Assembly (NCBI GenBank): GCA_964510945.1
Contig: CAZEED010000002.1
Location: forward strand, 16,924-80,923
Direction of reading: 5' to 3'
DNA: 64,000 nt
Source of the DNA: an uncultured Candidatus Saccharibacteria bacterium
GTDB taxonomy: Bacteria; Patescibacteriota; Saccharimonadia; Saccharimonadales; JAGQNJ01
In this document: positions 1 through 7,701 of the stretch, in pieces
Layout: each line of letters opens with the position of its first letter
Position numbering within the stretch: position 1 is the stretch's first letter
Translations under genes and position numbers: made by a program
The notes under the pieces: model-generated
The model's database searches: none
What the model was told of the DNA's origin: nothing
What the model saw: the letters and a program-made list of their open reading frames with translations, nothing else

Positions 1-378
1 CCGAACACCAGACATATCTTCTAACAAATCTTCGCTAACCCCGGCTGTCTCGTCGTCTCTAGATGTGCCAAATAAAAATGATAACGATAAGTTATCGATA
101 TATGCTTGGTCTGAGCTAAATCTACCGCCATCGATTATCCCATCTAGTGTAGCGCCATGAAAAGAACTAATTACATCCTGAACAAAAGCCCAGTTACTTT
201 CGCCTTGTCGCCTTGTAAATTCACAATCTTGGGCGGCAAGTAATGTTAGCGCTCTAGAACCTGCACTTGATCGCAAAGCGGCATAGCGTGATTGCGTTTC
301 TGGACTCAATCCAGCGACACCAAGATATAATTCTGGGCTTACATCAATAAGACGATGATCTTCACTTCCCGTAGTCAT
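1..378 (-). CDS. hypothetical protein (truncated by the left window edge)
   Basis: Absent from the ORF track because it runs off the edge. ATG at 378-376 opens a stop-free frame down to position 1 (MTTGSEDHRLIDVSPELYLGVAGLSPETQSRYAALRSSAGSRALTLLAAQDCEF...). No family recognised. A consensus promoter abuts the ATG. Confidence 0.5.
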   Translation of the reverse strand, partial: MTTGSEDHRLIDVSPELYLGVAGLSPETQSRYAALRSSAGSRALTLLAAQDCEFTRRQGESNWAFVQDVISSFHGATLDGIIDGGRFSSDQAYIDNLSLSFLFGTSRDDETAGVSEDLLEDMSGVR

Positions 379-386
379 AGCAACCG

Positions 387-415
387 ATTATACGTTAATT
401 ATGTGTTATTGTCAA
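387..415 (-). promoter_or_regulatory. sigma70-type promoter, perfect consensus TTGACA-17nt-TATAAT, leaderless-type
   Basis: Minus strand reads TTGACA (415-410), a 17-nt spacer, then TATAAT (392-387). Only 8 nt (cggttgct, no SD) follow before ATG at 378. Confidence 0.55.
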
Positions 416-424
416 TGCTCTCCA

Positions 425-946
425 TCAAGATATTGTTTGTTTCATATCTACTTCTGCACTGTCAGCAACAGCCACCGCACTGGCTTGCAGAACAACAAGA
501 GATGGCACATCCCAGCCCCAAAAATACTCACTACTTAGTATGGGATTATCTACCAGCACAGCTCCATGATCCTTAGCAAGAGTCTCCCAATCTAGTCCTG
601 GATACCGAGATCGTTCAGCCTTTGCGTTAAAACCTGTATAAGGAAAGTTTTGTTGTACGGGCAGATCCGTTACATCCTCCTCTTCCTTAATCATTAACAA
701 ATTAGCATCACTCGTCAGCTCAAAAAGAAAGCTCGAATATACAATACTTTCATCGAATCGTCGCGCCTCTATTCCAAAACTATTTAGTGAGACAAATCGA
801 CTGCGAGGATACAAACTAATTGGACAAGCCCATAAACCCGTTTCATGTTTCGGCTTTAAGCTTCGGTACATTTCGTTCTCTATAGGCGCAAACTTATCAG
901 GATCAAAAGCCTCATTTTTACGTCGTGATAAATGTTCAAAAATCAT
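425..946 (-). CDS. hypothetical protein
   Basis: 173-aa ORF with an AAGGA about 12 nt upstream, 18 nt downstream of the sigma-factor stop (same strand, likely co-transcribed). No recognisable family motif. Confidence 0.6.
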   Translation of the reverse strand: MIFEHLSRRKNEAFDPDKFAPIENEMYRSLKPKHETGLWACPISLYPRSRFVSLNSFGIEARRFDESIVYSSFLFELTSDANLLMIKEEEDVTDLPVQQNFPYTGFNAKAERSRYPGLDWETLAKDHGAVLVDNPILSSEYFWGWDVPSLVVLQASAVAVADSAEVDMKQTIS

Positions 947-964
947 TATTGTGCTCAGTCCTTT

Positions 965-2377
965 TTAACGCATCTGATCAAATTCTTCTAACGAATAGGT
1001 CTTACGCGTACCTGCAATTTTTTCTTCAATATCACCTTCTCGTGGTCCATTATAATCTCGACTATTGTATGGACGAGACCTTCTTATGCCAAGCCTAATG
1101 TCATCTGCCTCGTCAATTGCTAAAATTGGGCGTCGACTACCAACCTGAGTCCCCGTAATCAAATCCATCATATAATCGTCTTTTGCTGCCCGTCTACTCC
1201 AGCCACGATGTTTCGGGCTTCTAGCCAATACCTGACGTGTTAGCTTCTTTAAAACCTCTGCTTCAATTTGCCTAATTCGCTGTCCGGTGACGCCAAACTC
1301 TCGTCCAACTTCTTCGGATGTCCATTTATTATCATCGTCAAAACCATAGCGCAACTCAATAACACGTTGTTCACGCTCATAAAGACTACTTAATGTCAGA
1401 TCTAATCCTTGACCAAAGACATCTTCTAACGCTTCATCTTCTACAGACAAATCAGTACCTCCATCAATCAGCACATCTGCTAACTCTAATGGGTCTTCTT
1501 CCATTTCCGGTTCAGTTACCTCTTCAGCAAATTTTTGTCTTAAATAATCCCGAATTACCTCAAATGATATTGGCTGATTAGCAACATCAGCTTCCTCGAG
1601 TTCTAGTAATCTCGCTGAATGCATCCCTAATTCGTTAGCTAGCTCGTAAATTTTTACATCCGAATTTTTTTGTGCTTCGAGTTCTTTCTTAACTTTTCTG
1701 TAATGATTTAGCGCCTGCATGACACCCGGGCCCATAGTAAGCGGTGATTGGCCAGACCGCACGCTCATCTCGCGTAGTAATGTCGCCTCCATGCGCATTA
1801 GAGCCCAGTTTGGAAAGCTTACTGGATAACCTTTTTGGCTGGTTCCAGTATATTTTTCCGCGGCTTCAATAAGAGCCTCTGTAACAATTTGCAATCTTTC
1901 GTCATAGTCGAGTTCACCACCACTAAGTTTATAGATATCCCTTACAATCCGCCCCCGATAAGAAGTTCTGCCAGATTCTTCACGCTGTTTTTTATTAAAA
2001 TCCATAGACTCGCGCACTAACCACCCTGCATAACGCAGATTAGTTAGCACGAGGGTATCCCTCGCCTTTATACCATCTTGAATCTCCAACAATAGCCTAT
2101 TCTTGGTATTTTCATCTTGTGCTGTCTCGAGTTGCCTTGCGGCGCTTTTCCCATTTTGTATTCGCGTCGCGCAATCTGACTCTTCCGTATCTGTTAAATA
2201 AGTAGCCTCCGAAGACAACTCTCTATATCTTGCATCTACTAAACGGCTCGACTCTGACATTGCTGGATAATCGCCAGAAGGTTGATCCTCGCACCAAATA
2301 TCATCAAATAACATATCCGCAGGTAGCTCACCTGCGTAAAATAAATCTGTTCTTCGTTCGAATTCGGTCGCGCTCAT
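965..2377 (-). CDS. sigma-70 family RNA polymerase sigma factor with a 91-aa C-terminal extension
   Basis: Region 2-like LVLTNLRYAGWLVRE...LIEAAEKY...FPNWALMRMEATLLRE; region 3-like segment. Region 4.2 HTH is EREQRVIELRYGFDDDNKWTSEEVGREFGVTGQRIRQIEAEVLKKL. A further 91 aa (nt 968-1240), Arg-rich, follow region 4.2. Confidence 0.85.
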   Translation of the reverse strand: MSATEFERRTDLFYAGELPADMLFDDIWCEDQPSGDYPAMSESSRLVDARYRELSSEATYLTDTEESDCATRIQNGKSAARQLETAQDENTKNRLLLEIQDGIKARDTLVLTNLRYAGWLVRESMDFNKKQREESGRTSYRGRIVRDIYKLSGGELDYDERLQIVTEALIEAAEKYTGTSQKGYPVSFPNWALMRMEATLLREMSVRSGQSPLTMGPGVMQALNHYRKVKKELEAQKNSDVKIYELANELGMHSARLLELEEADVANQPISFEVIRDYLRQKFAEEVTEPEMEEDPLELADVLIDGGTDLSVEDEALEDVFGQGLDLTLSSLYEREQRVIELRYGFDDDNKWTSEEVGREFGVTGQRIRQIEAEVLKKLTRQVLARSPKHRGWSRRAAKDDYMMDLITGTQVGSRRPILAIDEADDIRLGIRRSRPYNSRDYNGPREGDIEEKIAGTRKTYSLEEFDQMR

Positions 2378-2398
2378 TAATACTCCAATTTAATACCT

Positions 2399-2427
2399 AT
2401 TTTATCACTTTTGTTACCTATAGTCAA
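2399..2427 (-). promoter_or_regulatory. putative promoter of the sigma-factor gene (TTGACT-17nt-TAAAAT)
   Basis: Minus strand: TTGACT (2427-2422), 17-nt spacer, TAAAAT (2404-2399). A 21-nt leader containing TTGGAG precedes ATG 2377. Confidence 0.45.
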
Positions 2428-2447
2428 CGTTTGGAAGTCACTATTAT

Positions 2448-2476
2448 TTGATTTTGAGTATTATGTATGTTAAAAT
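2448..2476 (+). promoter_or_regulatory. putative promoter TTGATT-17nt-TAAAAT, leaderless-type
   Basis: TTGATT 2448-2453, 17-nt spacer, TAAAAT 2471-2476. The second in-frame ATG (2483) lies exactly 6 nt after the -10. The ORF-track ATG (2477) directly abuts the -10 and would lie upstream of the predicted TSS. Confidence 0.45.
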
Positions 2477-3217
2477 ATGTTAATGATAACTTCGGTTGAA
2501 CTAAGCTCTGAAGCGAACGGTTTACGTGCGCAATATACTGAACTTGTAAAAGCACAAGATACTGTTGACGGGTTAGATGTTAGCGTCTTGGGGCATGACA
2601 CTCCTGATTCGGTAATTGCCAGCGCGGCACATGTCCTTGCCATAGCATTTGATGAGGATCCAGTTTTTGCATATTTACGAGGTGGCGGCAAAAGTCCGCT
2701 TAACCCTGTATTCGACTTTATACTTCGTGAATCGATCGATCATGGTGGGACACCAGTAATTGCACAAAATCCCGATAAAGAAGTAGTTGGTGTTATAGAT
2801 ATGCAATTACCCGGAATGAAACCAGAATCACCGCTGTACTCCATTAGATACGGAGCACCGTCTGCAATTGGAGTATTTGGCTTGATGGGCGCAATCAAAT
2901 CAGTCTACGGGCTATCTGGTGTCGAAAGAAGTGTAGAAAAACAAAAGAGTAATGTTGGGGTGTCCGATGCAATGTACTTGAACTACGTCGGTATTCTGCA
3001 ACCATTTCGTAGAAAAAGCGTTATTCATGCTTTAGCTGACCCAGGGCTTAAAGTTGCCGATCAATACGGGCTTCATGCATTTTTGGCCAGCAGTAACGAC
3101 ATAGTCAACGGTGCTAGTTTTGGCAACGCCGGCTACGTTAACCCTAATCGTCACAGATATCTGCACGGTCTAGGACCAGATGTTATAGTCCGTCACCGCC
3201 CACCACAGACAACTTAG
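2477..3217 (+). CDS. GNAT-like acetyltransferase-fold protein (tentative); real start possibly ATG 2483
   Basis: 246-aa ORF. AFDEDPVFAYL near the N-terminus and MYLNYVGILQPFRRKSVIHALADPGLKVADQYGLHAFLASSN resemble the GNAT pattern (L..lgV.P..rgkG....L......ad..g....L.ss). The acetyl-CoA motif is degenerate. Confidence 0.5.
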   Translation: MLMITSVELSSEANGLRAQYTELVKAQDTVDGLDVSVLGHDTPDSVIASAAHVLAIAFDEDPVFAYLRGGGKSPLNPVFDFILRESIDHGGTPVIAQNPDKEVVGVIDMQLPGMKPESPLYSIRYGAPSAIGVFGLMGAIKSVYGLSGVERSVEKQKSNVGVSDAMYLNYVGILQPFRRKSVIHALADPGLKVADQYGLHAFLASSNDIVNGASFGNAGYVNPNRHRYLHGLGPDVIVRHRPPQTT

Positions 3218-3337
3218 AGAAGTCTCAGATCTGCGTTCTAAAAAAATGCTGACTAGTATGATCAAAAAGCCTTCTGGTATTTTTGCCACCCTTTTGGCAT
3301 AATGCTAGGTAACAATAAGCATAAGGGGCACCATATA

Positions 3338-3985
3338 ATGGCAAAATCAAAACAACGTAACCGAAAATTATTTAGTAAATACTCGGACTTAGAGATTTTT
3401 GTAATTGTACTGCTCGTCGTTACTCTTGGCGTTGTAACTTGGCTTTTTGCAAACATGAGCGATGAGATAACTCGTTATAGTTCGCTTAGTAATCAAAGCA
3501 ATCAAGCCTGTCTTGGAATATCTGTAGCCAGTAATAGTGGATTAAAGATAAACACAGACACCCTTTATGCCACTAGCGAACTTAAGGATGGCTCAACAGA
3601 TGATCCAACAGTCAATCAAAAGTGCATCGTGGGAGGAACTACTCAGGACGAGAATATTCAAGGCAAACCGATTAAATCGTACAACTTTGGTGCTGACGTA
3701 ACCTACTTTACAGATAGCGTAGCAGCAAAAAAGTACGCCGATTCTAAAGTTAATCCGCTACGTTACTGGAGCCCAGACTCTTCATATACCTACTACACCT
3801 TTTTAGTAACACATCGCGATCAACTGTATTTTGATGCCTATGCCGTAAAAGATAACGCTATTATGAGAATTAGTCTACCGTGTAATAACAACGAAAAAAC
3901 AAATGCCAACGCCGACAATTGCATTCTTCAAGCCGAGCGCACAATCGCCGTCTTTTACAAAAAACTAAGCCCCCTAGCCTTATAG
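3338..3985 (+). CDS. membrane-anchored extracytoplasmic hypothetical protein (4 Cys)
   Basis: ORF-track start 3302 lies inside a predicted extended -10 (TGGCATAAT, 3295-3303). ATG 3338 (MAKSKQRNRK...) is preceded by AAGGGG. It has a basic N-terminus, one TM helix (IFVIVLLVVTLGVVTWLF) and a Cys-containing ectodomain. Confidence 0.6.
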   Translation: MAKSKQRNRKLFSKYSDLEIFVIVLLVVTLGVVTWLFANMSDEITRYSSLSNQSNQACLGISVASNSGLKINTDTLYATSELKDGSTDDPTVNQKCIVGGTTQDENIQGKPIKSYNFGADVTYFTDSVAAKKYADSKVNPLRYWSPDSSYTYYTFLVTHRDQLYFDAYAVKDNAIMRISLPCNNNEKTNANADNCILQAERTIAVFYKKLSPLAL

Positions 3986-3998
3986 ATTTTTCGAATTG

Positions 3999-5327
3999 CT
4001 AAGGAGTAAGACGATTTATATCGCGTGGGAAAAGTGTGGCTTCTTTAATGTTGTTCAGCTTAAAGAGTTTTTCCACCAAACGTTCTAGTCCTAGTCCAAA
4101 CCCACCATGTGGTGGCATGCCGTATTTGAAGGCGCTGAGATACGATGCATACCCTGGGTGATTTGGATCGCCACCCATTGCCTTAAGCTGAGCAATCAAT
4201 TTTGGATATTCATGCTGGCGCATGCTGAGAGTTACGATTTCTACCCCTCTAAATAGTAAATCTGCCCGTTCGGCGATATCCGGATTTTGCTCATTAGCTT
4301 TATGATAAAACTTAAATGTTTTACTTTTTGCAGACCAGCCGACAACAAATACCGCTTCGCTTTGCTTATTCTTTTTTGCCCATTCACAAATAAATCTTTC
4401 CTCGTCGGGCCTTAGATCATCTTCTCCACGATAATCCTCTTTAAACTGCTTGAAATACATCTCATGAATTTCATCGATTGCAATCCTAGGTATATCTTGT
4501 GGTTTTTCAGGTAAATCGGCCTTAACTACATTCCACTTCTTAAAAGCATCTTCGTGATTTTTGTAAGCATCGTCAGAAACTCTAATTAACATACCTCCTA
4601 CAAAATTCTGTAGCTCTTCAAAAGTTGTATATCCTATCTCGCAATCCACAGTCAAAAATTCTGTAAGATGCCGTGTTGTAGCACTAGGTTCAGCACGATA
4701 AGTTGAGCCTATCTCTAACACGCGCTCAAAAACTCCAACCATCATTTGTTTGTAAAACTGAGCCGACTGAGCAAGTACTGCTGTCTTGCCAAAATAATCT
4801 AACGAGAATACCTCTGCTCCTCCCTCGGTTGCCTCTGCAAGCAACTTTGGTGTGTGGATTTCGGTGAATTCGTTTTCTTTTGCATATGCTCGAATCGATT
4901 CGCAAACACCTGATTTTACCTTAAAAATATCTTGTTCTTGAAGGTTGCGTAGTCCAATAGCACGATTATCGAACAAAGTATCTAAGTTTTCGCTTTTATG
5001 TAAAAGTGGTTTGTCTATTTCAATTGGTGGCTCGTCCGTTACTGGAACCAATACAGTAATTTCTGGACTATGAAGCTCGGCACCACCAGGTGCACGTTCT
5101 TCTTTTTTAACTTTACCAGTTACCGAAAGTACCGTACCAATTTGCATGCCACGGAGCTTTTCACCCTCTTTTTTGTCCTGTATCACTACTTGCATCAAAC
5201 CACTACGATCACGCACATTGATAAACGTCAGGCCCCCTAGCAGACGTTTTTTATGTAGCCAACCTTTGATCGTTACTTCTTTGCCCTCGTGATTAACTAC
5301 ATCACGACTTAGTGTTCTTGTTGTCAT
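3999..5327 (-). CDS. aspS: aspartate--tRNA ligase, class IIb archaeal/short type
   Basis: OB-fold N-terminus VTIKGWLHKKRLLGGLTFINVRDRSGLMQVVI (RDRxG is AspRS-like rather than AsnRS DGS). Class II motif 3 and C-terminus GGFGLGLERLVEKLFKLNNIKEATLFPRDINRLTP. Start moved to ATG 5327 (MTTRTLS...; GAGGAAG upstream), because the 50-aa N-terminal extension in the ORF track overlaps the upstream gene. Confidence 0.85.
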   Translation of the reverse strand: MTTRTLSRDVVNHEGKEVTIKGWLHKKRLLGGLTFINVRDRSGLMQVVIQDKKEGEKLRGMQIGTVLSVTGKVKKEERAPGGAELHSPEITVLVPVTDEPPIEIDKPLLHKSENLDTLFDNRAIGLRNLQEQDIFKVKSGVCESIRAYAKENEFTEIHTPKLLAEATEGGAEVFSLDYFGKTAVLAQSAQFYKQMMVGVFERVLEIGSTYRAEPSATTRHLTEFLTVDCEIGYTTFEELQNFVGGMLIRVSDDAYKNHEDAFKKWNVVKADLPEKPQDIPRIAIDEIHEMYFKQFKEDYRGEDDLRPDEERFICEWAKKNKQSEAVFVVGWSAKSKTFKFYHKANEQNPDIAERADLLFRGVEIVTLSMRQHEYPKLIAQLKAMGGDPNHPGYASYLSAFKYGMPPHGGFGLGLERLVEKLFKLNNIKEATLFPRDINRLTP

Positions 5328-6384
5328 CTTCCTCTTTCGCTTCGGTTTTTTCTTCCTCTGATTGTACAACATTTTCGTGTTTTTGGCGATCTTTATCAGC
5401 TTGCTGGATTGCAACAGCACGTAAATCATCATAAGAGTCAAACTCGTCAACAATTTGTTTGCCCAAAATCTGCTCAATAATATCCTCGACTGATATCACG
5501 CCAACAATCTCCTCGAATTTATTTACTACCAAGAACAAATGATGCTTGGTTTTGATAAATGCATCGAGTACACCCGTTAACGATTGGTCTTGATTAACAT
5601 AAAAAACGTCCTTACGCATGATATCTTTAACAAAACCGCCCGCCCGAGCACTGATTAAGTCGCGTACGTACAATGTGCCAACAATATGATCAGGACTATC
5701 GTGCTTTACCGGAAAACGAGAATGGCCAGATTTGTGTAGCTCGTCCATTAATACTGGACCAATCATGTCGTGGGTACTAACCATCTTTATCATGCGCTTT
5801 GGTGTCATCACGTCAGCAACAGTTTTATCACCAAACTGCAGAGCATTCTCTACAATAAATAATTCTTGTTTGGTTATTCGATTATCAGTTTGTTGTTTTT
5901 GTTTTTTGATTAACTCTACAATGTCAGACTTTTCGTATAACCCTGTGTGCACAGATATTGGCTGATGTTTTTGCACAAAATGTTTGATCCGACGAATTAC
6001 AGGCTGAGCTCGCTCTAAGACCCAATGGATAACGGGCGTTACAATTCTAACGGCGTGCAAAGTATATCTGGATGTATGCGACTTTGGTAGCCAAGCAAAG
6101 GCAAAAAATATTAACGCCATAACTGATATAAAGGCGATAACTGATGGCAGACTACTAGCAATTAAGACAAACAATAAACTACTGCTAAGTCCAATCAGGA
6201 TCCATACTAAAATATCCACGTCCATGCCATAGCCAACCACTCGATATAGTAACTTGGCGATTTCGTCACCAGATCTCGCTTGTCGCCGAAGTTCTTTGGG
6301 AGAAACATGTGAATACACCTTTTGCATGGCAATAGAAAATAACAATATTGCAATCGAGACGGCTCCTGCGATTATCGTAAGCAT
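5302..6384 (-). CDS. DUF21 + CBS-pair membrane protein (CNNM/CorC-type divalent-cation transporter family), no CorC_HlyC domain
   Basis: N-terminal TM helices, then TVADVMTPKRMIKMVSTHDMIGPVLMDELHKSGHSRFPV and a second CBS (VNKFEEIVGVISVEDIIEQILG). Acidic/Lys-rich tail. Confidence 0.8.
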   Translation of the reverse strand: MLTIIAGAVSIAILLFSIAMQKVYSHVSPKELRRQARSGDEIAKLLYRVVGYGMDVDILVWILIGLSSSLLFVLIASSLPSVIAFISVMALIFFAFAWLPKSHTSRYTLHAVRIVTPVIHWVLERAQPVIRRIKHFVQKHQPISVHTGLYEKSDIVELIKKQKQQTDNRITKQELFIVENALQFGDKTVADVMTPKRMIKMVSTHDMIGPVLMDELHKSGHSRFPVKHDSPDHIVGTLYVRDLISARAGGFVKDIMRKDVFYVNQDQSLTGVLDAFIKTKHHLFLVVNKFEEIVGVISVEDIIEQILGKQIVDEFDSYDDLRAVAIQQADKDRQKHENVVQSEEEKTEAKEEDDNKNTKS

Positions 6385-6471
6385 ATTAATATCTTACGCA
6401 CCAAGAAGGCATTTTAAAAGTGTTTTAAATCAGTTATCATTAAATAACAGAAACGGAGAAACAATAAATAT

Positions 6472-7113
6472 ATGAGTAAAAGATTTTTAATAATAATGGC
6501 GGCGCTAGTAGTAGTATTTTTTGGTGTAGTTATTTTCAGCAAAAACAAAGAGAAGGTCAATGCGCCGGTTGATAGTGCTGGTGGTAGTAATCATATTAAA
6601 GGCGAAGGTGCGACAGGAGTTACTTTGGTCGAGTTTGCCGACTTTCAGTGTCCGACTTGTGGAAGTTTTTATCCAATTGTAAAAGCTCTGGAGAAAAAAT
6701 ATGACAAACAAATTACCTTTCAGTTCAGACATTTTCCATTAGTACAGATTCATGACAATGCAATGATTGCGCATCGTTCTGCCGAAGCCGCAGGAAAGCA
6801 AAACAAATTTTGGGAGATGCACGATATTTTGTATGAAAGGCAAAAAATCTGGTCAGAATCATCTAACGCCAAACTAATAATGGAGGATTATGCTAGCGAG
6901 CTTGGCCTCAACGTAGACAAATTTAAGACTGATTTTGCTAGTAGTGCAGTTAACGATATCATCACCGCCGATACTAAACTTGGTCAAGATGCCGGCGTAT
7001 CGGGCACACCAACGTTTGTAATTAATGGCAAAAAACTAGATGATCTACCACGCGATATTGATAGCTTTTCAAAACTAATTGATCAGGCAATTGCCAACAA
7101 ACAAGCTAAATAA
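6472..7113 (+). CDS. DsbA-family thiol:disulfide oxidoreductase, membrane-anchored
   Basis: N-terminal TM segment. Thioredoxin-fold active site VEFADFQCPTCGSFYP (CxxC). C-terminal GVSGTPTFVINGK motif. Confidence 0.8.
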   Translation: MSKRFLIIMAALVVVFFGVVIFSKNKEKVNAPVDSAGGSNHIKGEGATGVTLVEFADFQCPTCGSFYPIVKALEKKYDKQITFQFRHFPLVQIHDNAMIAHRSAEAAGKQNKFWEMHDILYERQKIWSESSNAKLIMEDYASELGLNVDKFKTDFASSAVNDIITADTKLGQDAGVSGTPTFVINGKKLDDLPRDIDSFSKLIDQAIANKQAK

Positions 7114-7119
7114 CTAATA

Positions 7120-7635
7120 TTATTTCTTGTCTCTATGTCTTGGGTCGATTGATTCCGCTATATCCAGAGGAGTTTTTAGTACTTTTCCAATGACATGACC
7201 GGCGGATCGCAGGGTGTGTCGACGATCTTTTTCAGCTTTAATTTTGTCATGCAATATATGTAGTACTGGATCGTTATGTAAGGTGGTTGTGTGATAATTC
7301 TTAAAATGTTCATCCAGACGGTTTAAATCATCGTCGCTTAGAGTGTCTAGATCCATGAATGTATTGCTGGCGCCCTTAGTGTTTGCAATTAACTCATCAA
7401 GTTTAAGATGGAGGCCCTTTGAATCTCGGTTTTGCGTATTTTGAATCAAAAACACCATCAAGAATGTAACAATTGTTGTACCGGTATTGATCACTAATTG
7501 CCAAGTATCCGAATAACCGAACATCGGACCACTTATGCCCCATATAATAATTACTGATAACGCAATCAAAAATGCGTAGGCGCTACCTACAGCATTGGAT
7601 ATTCTTGCAGATATTTTTCTAAATAGTTCTTTCAT
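7120..7635 (-). CDS. low-affinity iron permease family protein (PF04120-like)
   Basis: GPMFGYSDTWQLVINTGTTIVTFLMVFLIQNTQNRDSKGLHLKLDELI matches the highly conserved core of this family. Confidence 0.75.
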   Translation of the reverse strand: MKELFRKISARISNAVGSAYAFLIALSVIIIWGISGPMFGYSDTWQLVINTGTTIVTFLMVFLIQNTQNRDSKGLHLKLDELIANTKGASNTFMDLDTLSDDDLNRLDEHFKNYHTTTLHNDPVLHILHDKIKAEKDRRHTLRSAGHVIGKVLKTPLDIAESIDPRHRDKK

Positions 7636-7648
7636 ATGGTATATGTTT

Positions 7649-7677
7649 TTTACAGATTAACATTAGCATTGTACAAT
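7649..7677 (+). promoter_or_regulatory. putative promoter TTTACA-17nt-TACAAT
   Basis: TTTACA 7649-7654, 17-nt spacer, TACAAT 7672-7677. A 24-nt leader with AAAGGAA precedes ATG 7702. Confidence 0.4.
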
Positions 7678-7701
7678 ACTTGTTAAAGGAATTAAATAAA
7701 C

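Noticed and set aside
3999-5477. Longer N-terminal extensions offered by the ORF track for aspS (to 5477), the Wzy-like gene (to 14304) and gmd (to 51084)
   Set aside because: The extra residues are not family-like. They overlap neighbouring genes or promoters, and internal ATGs (5327, 14163, 50994) give canonical N-termini (MTTRTLS..., MIDKPAV..., MSKHTLITG...).
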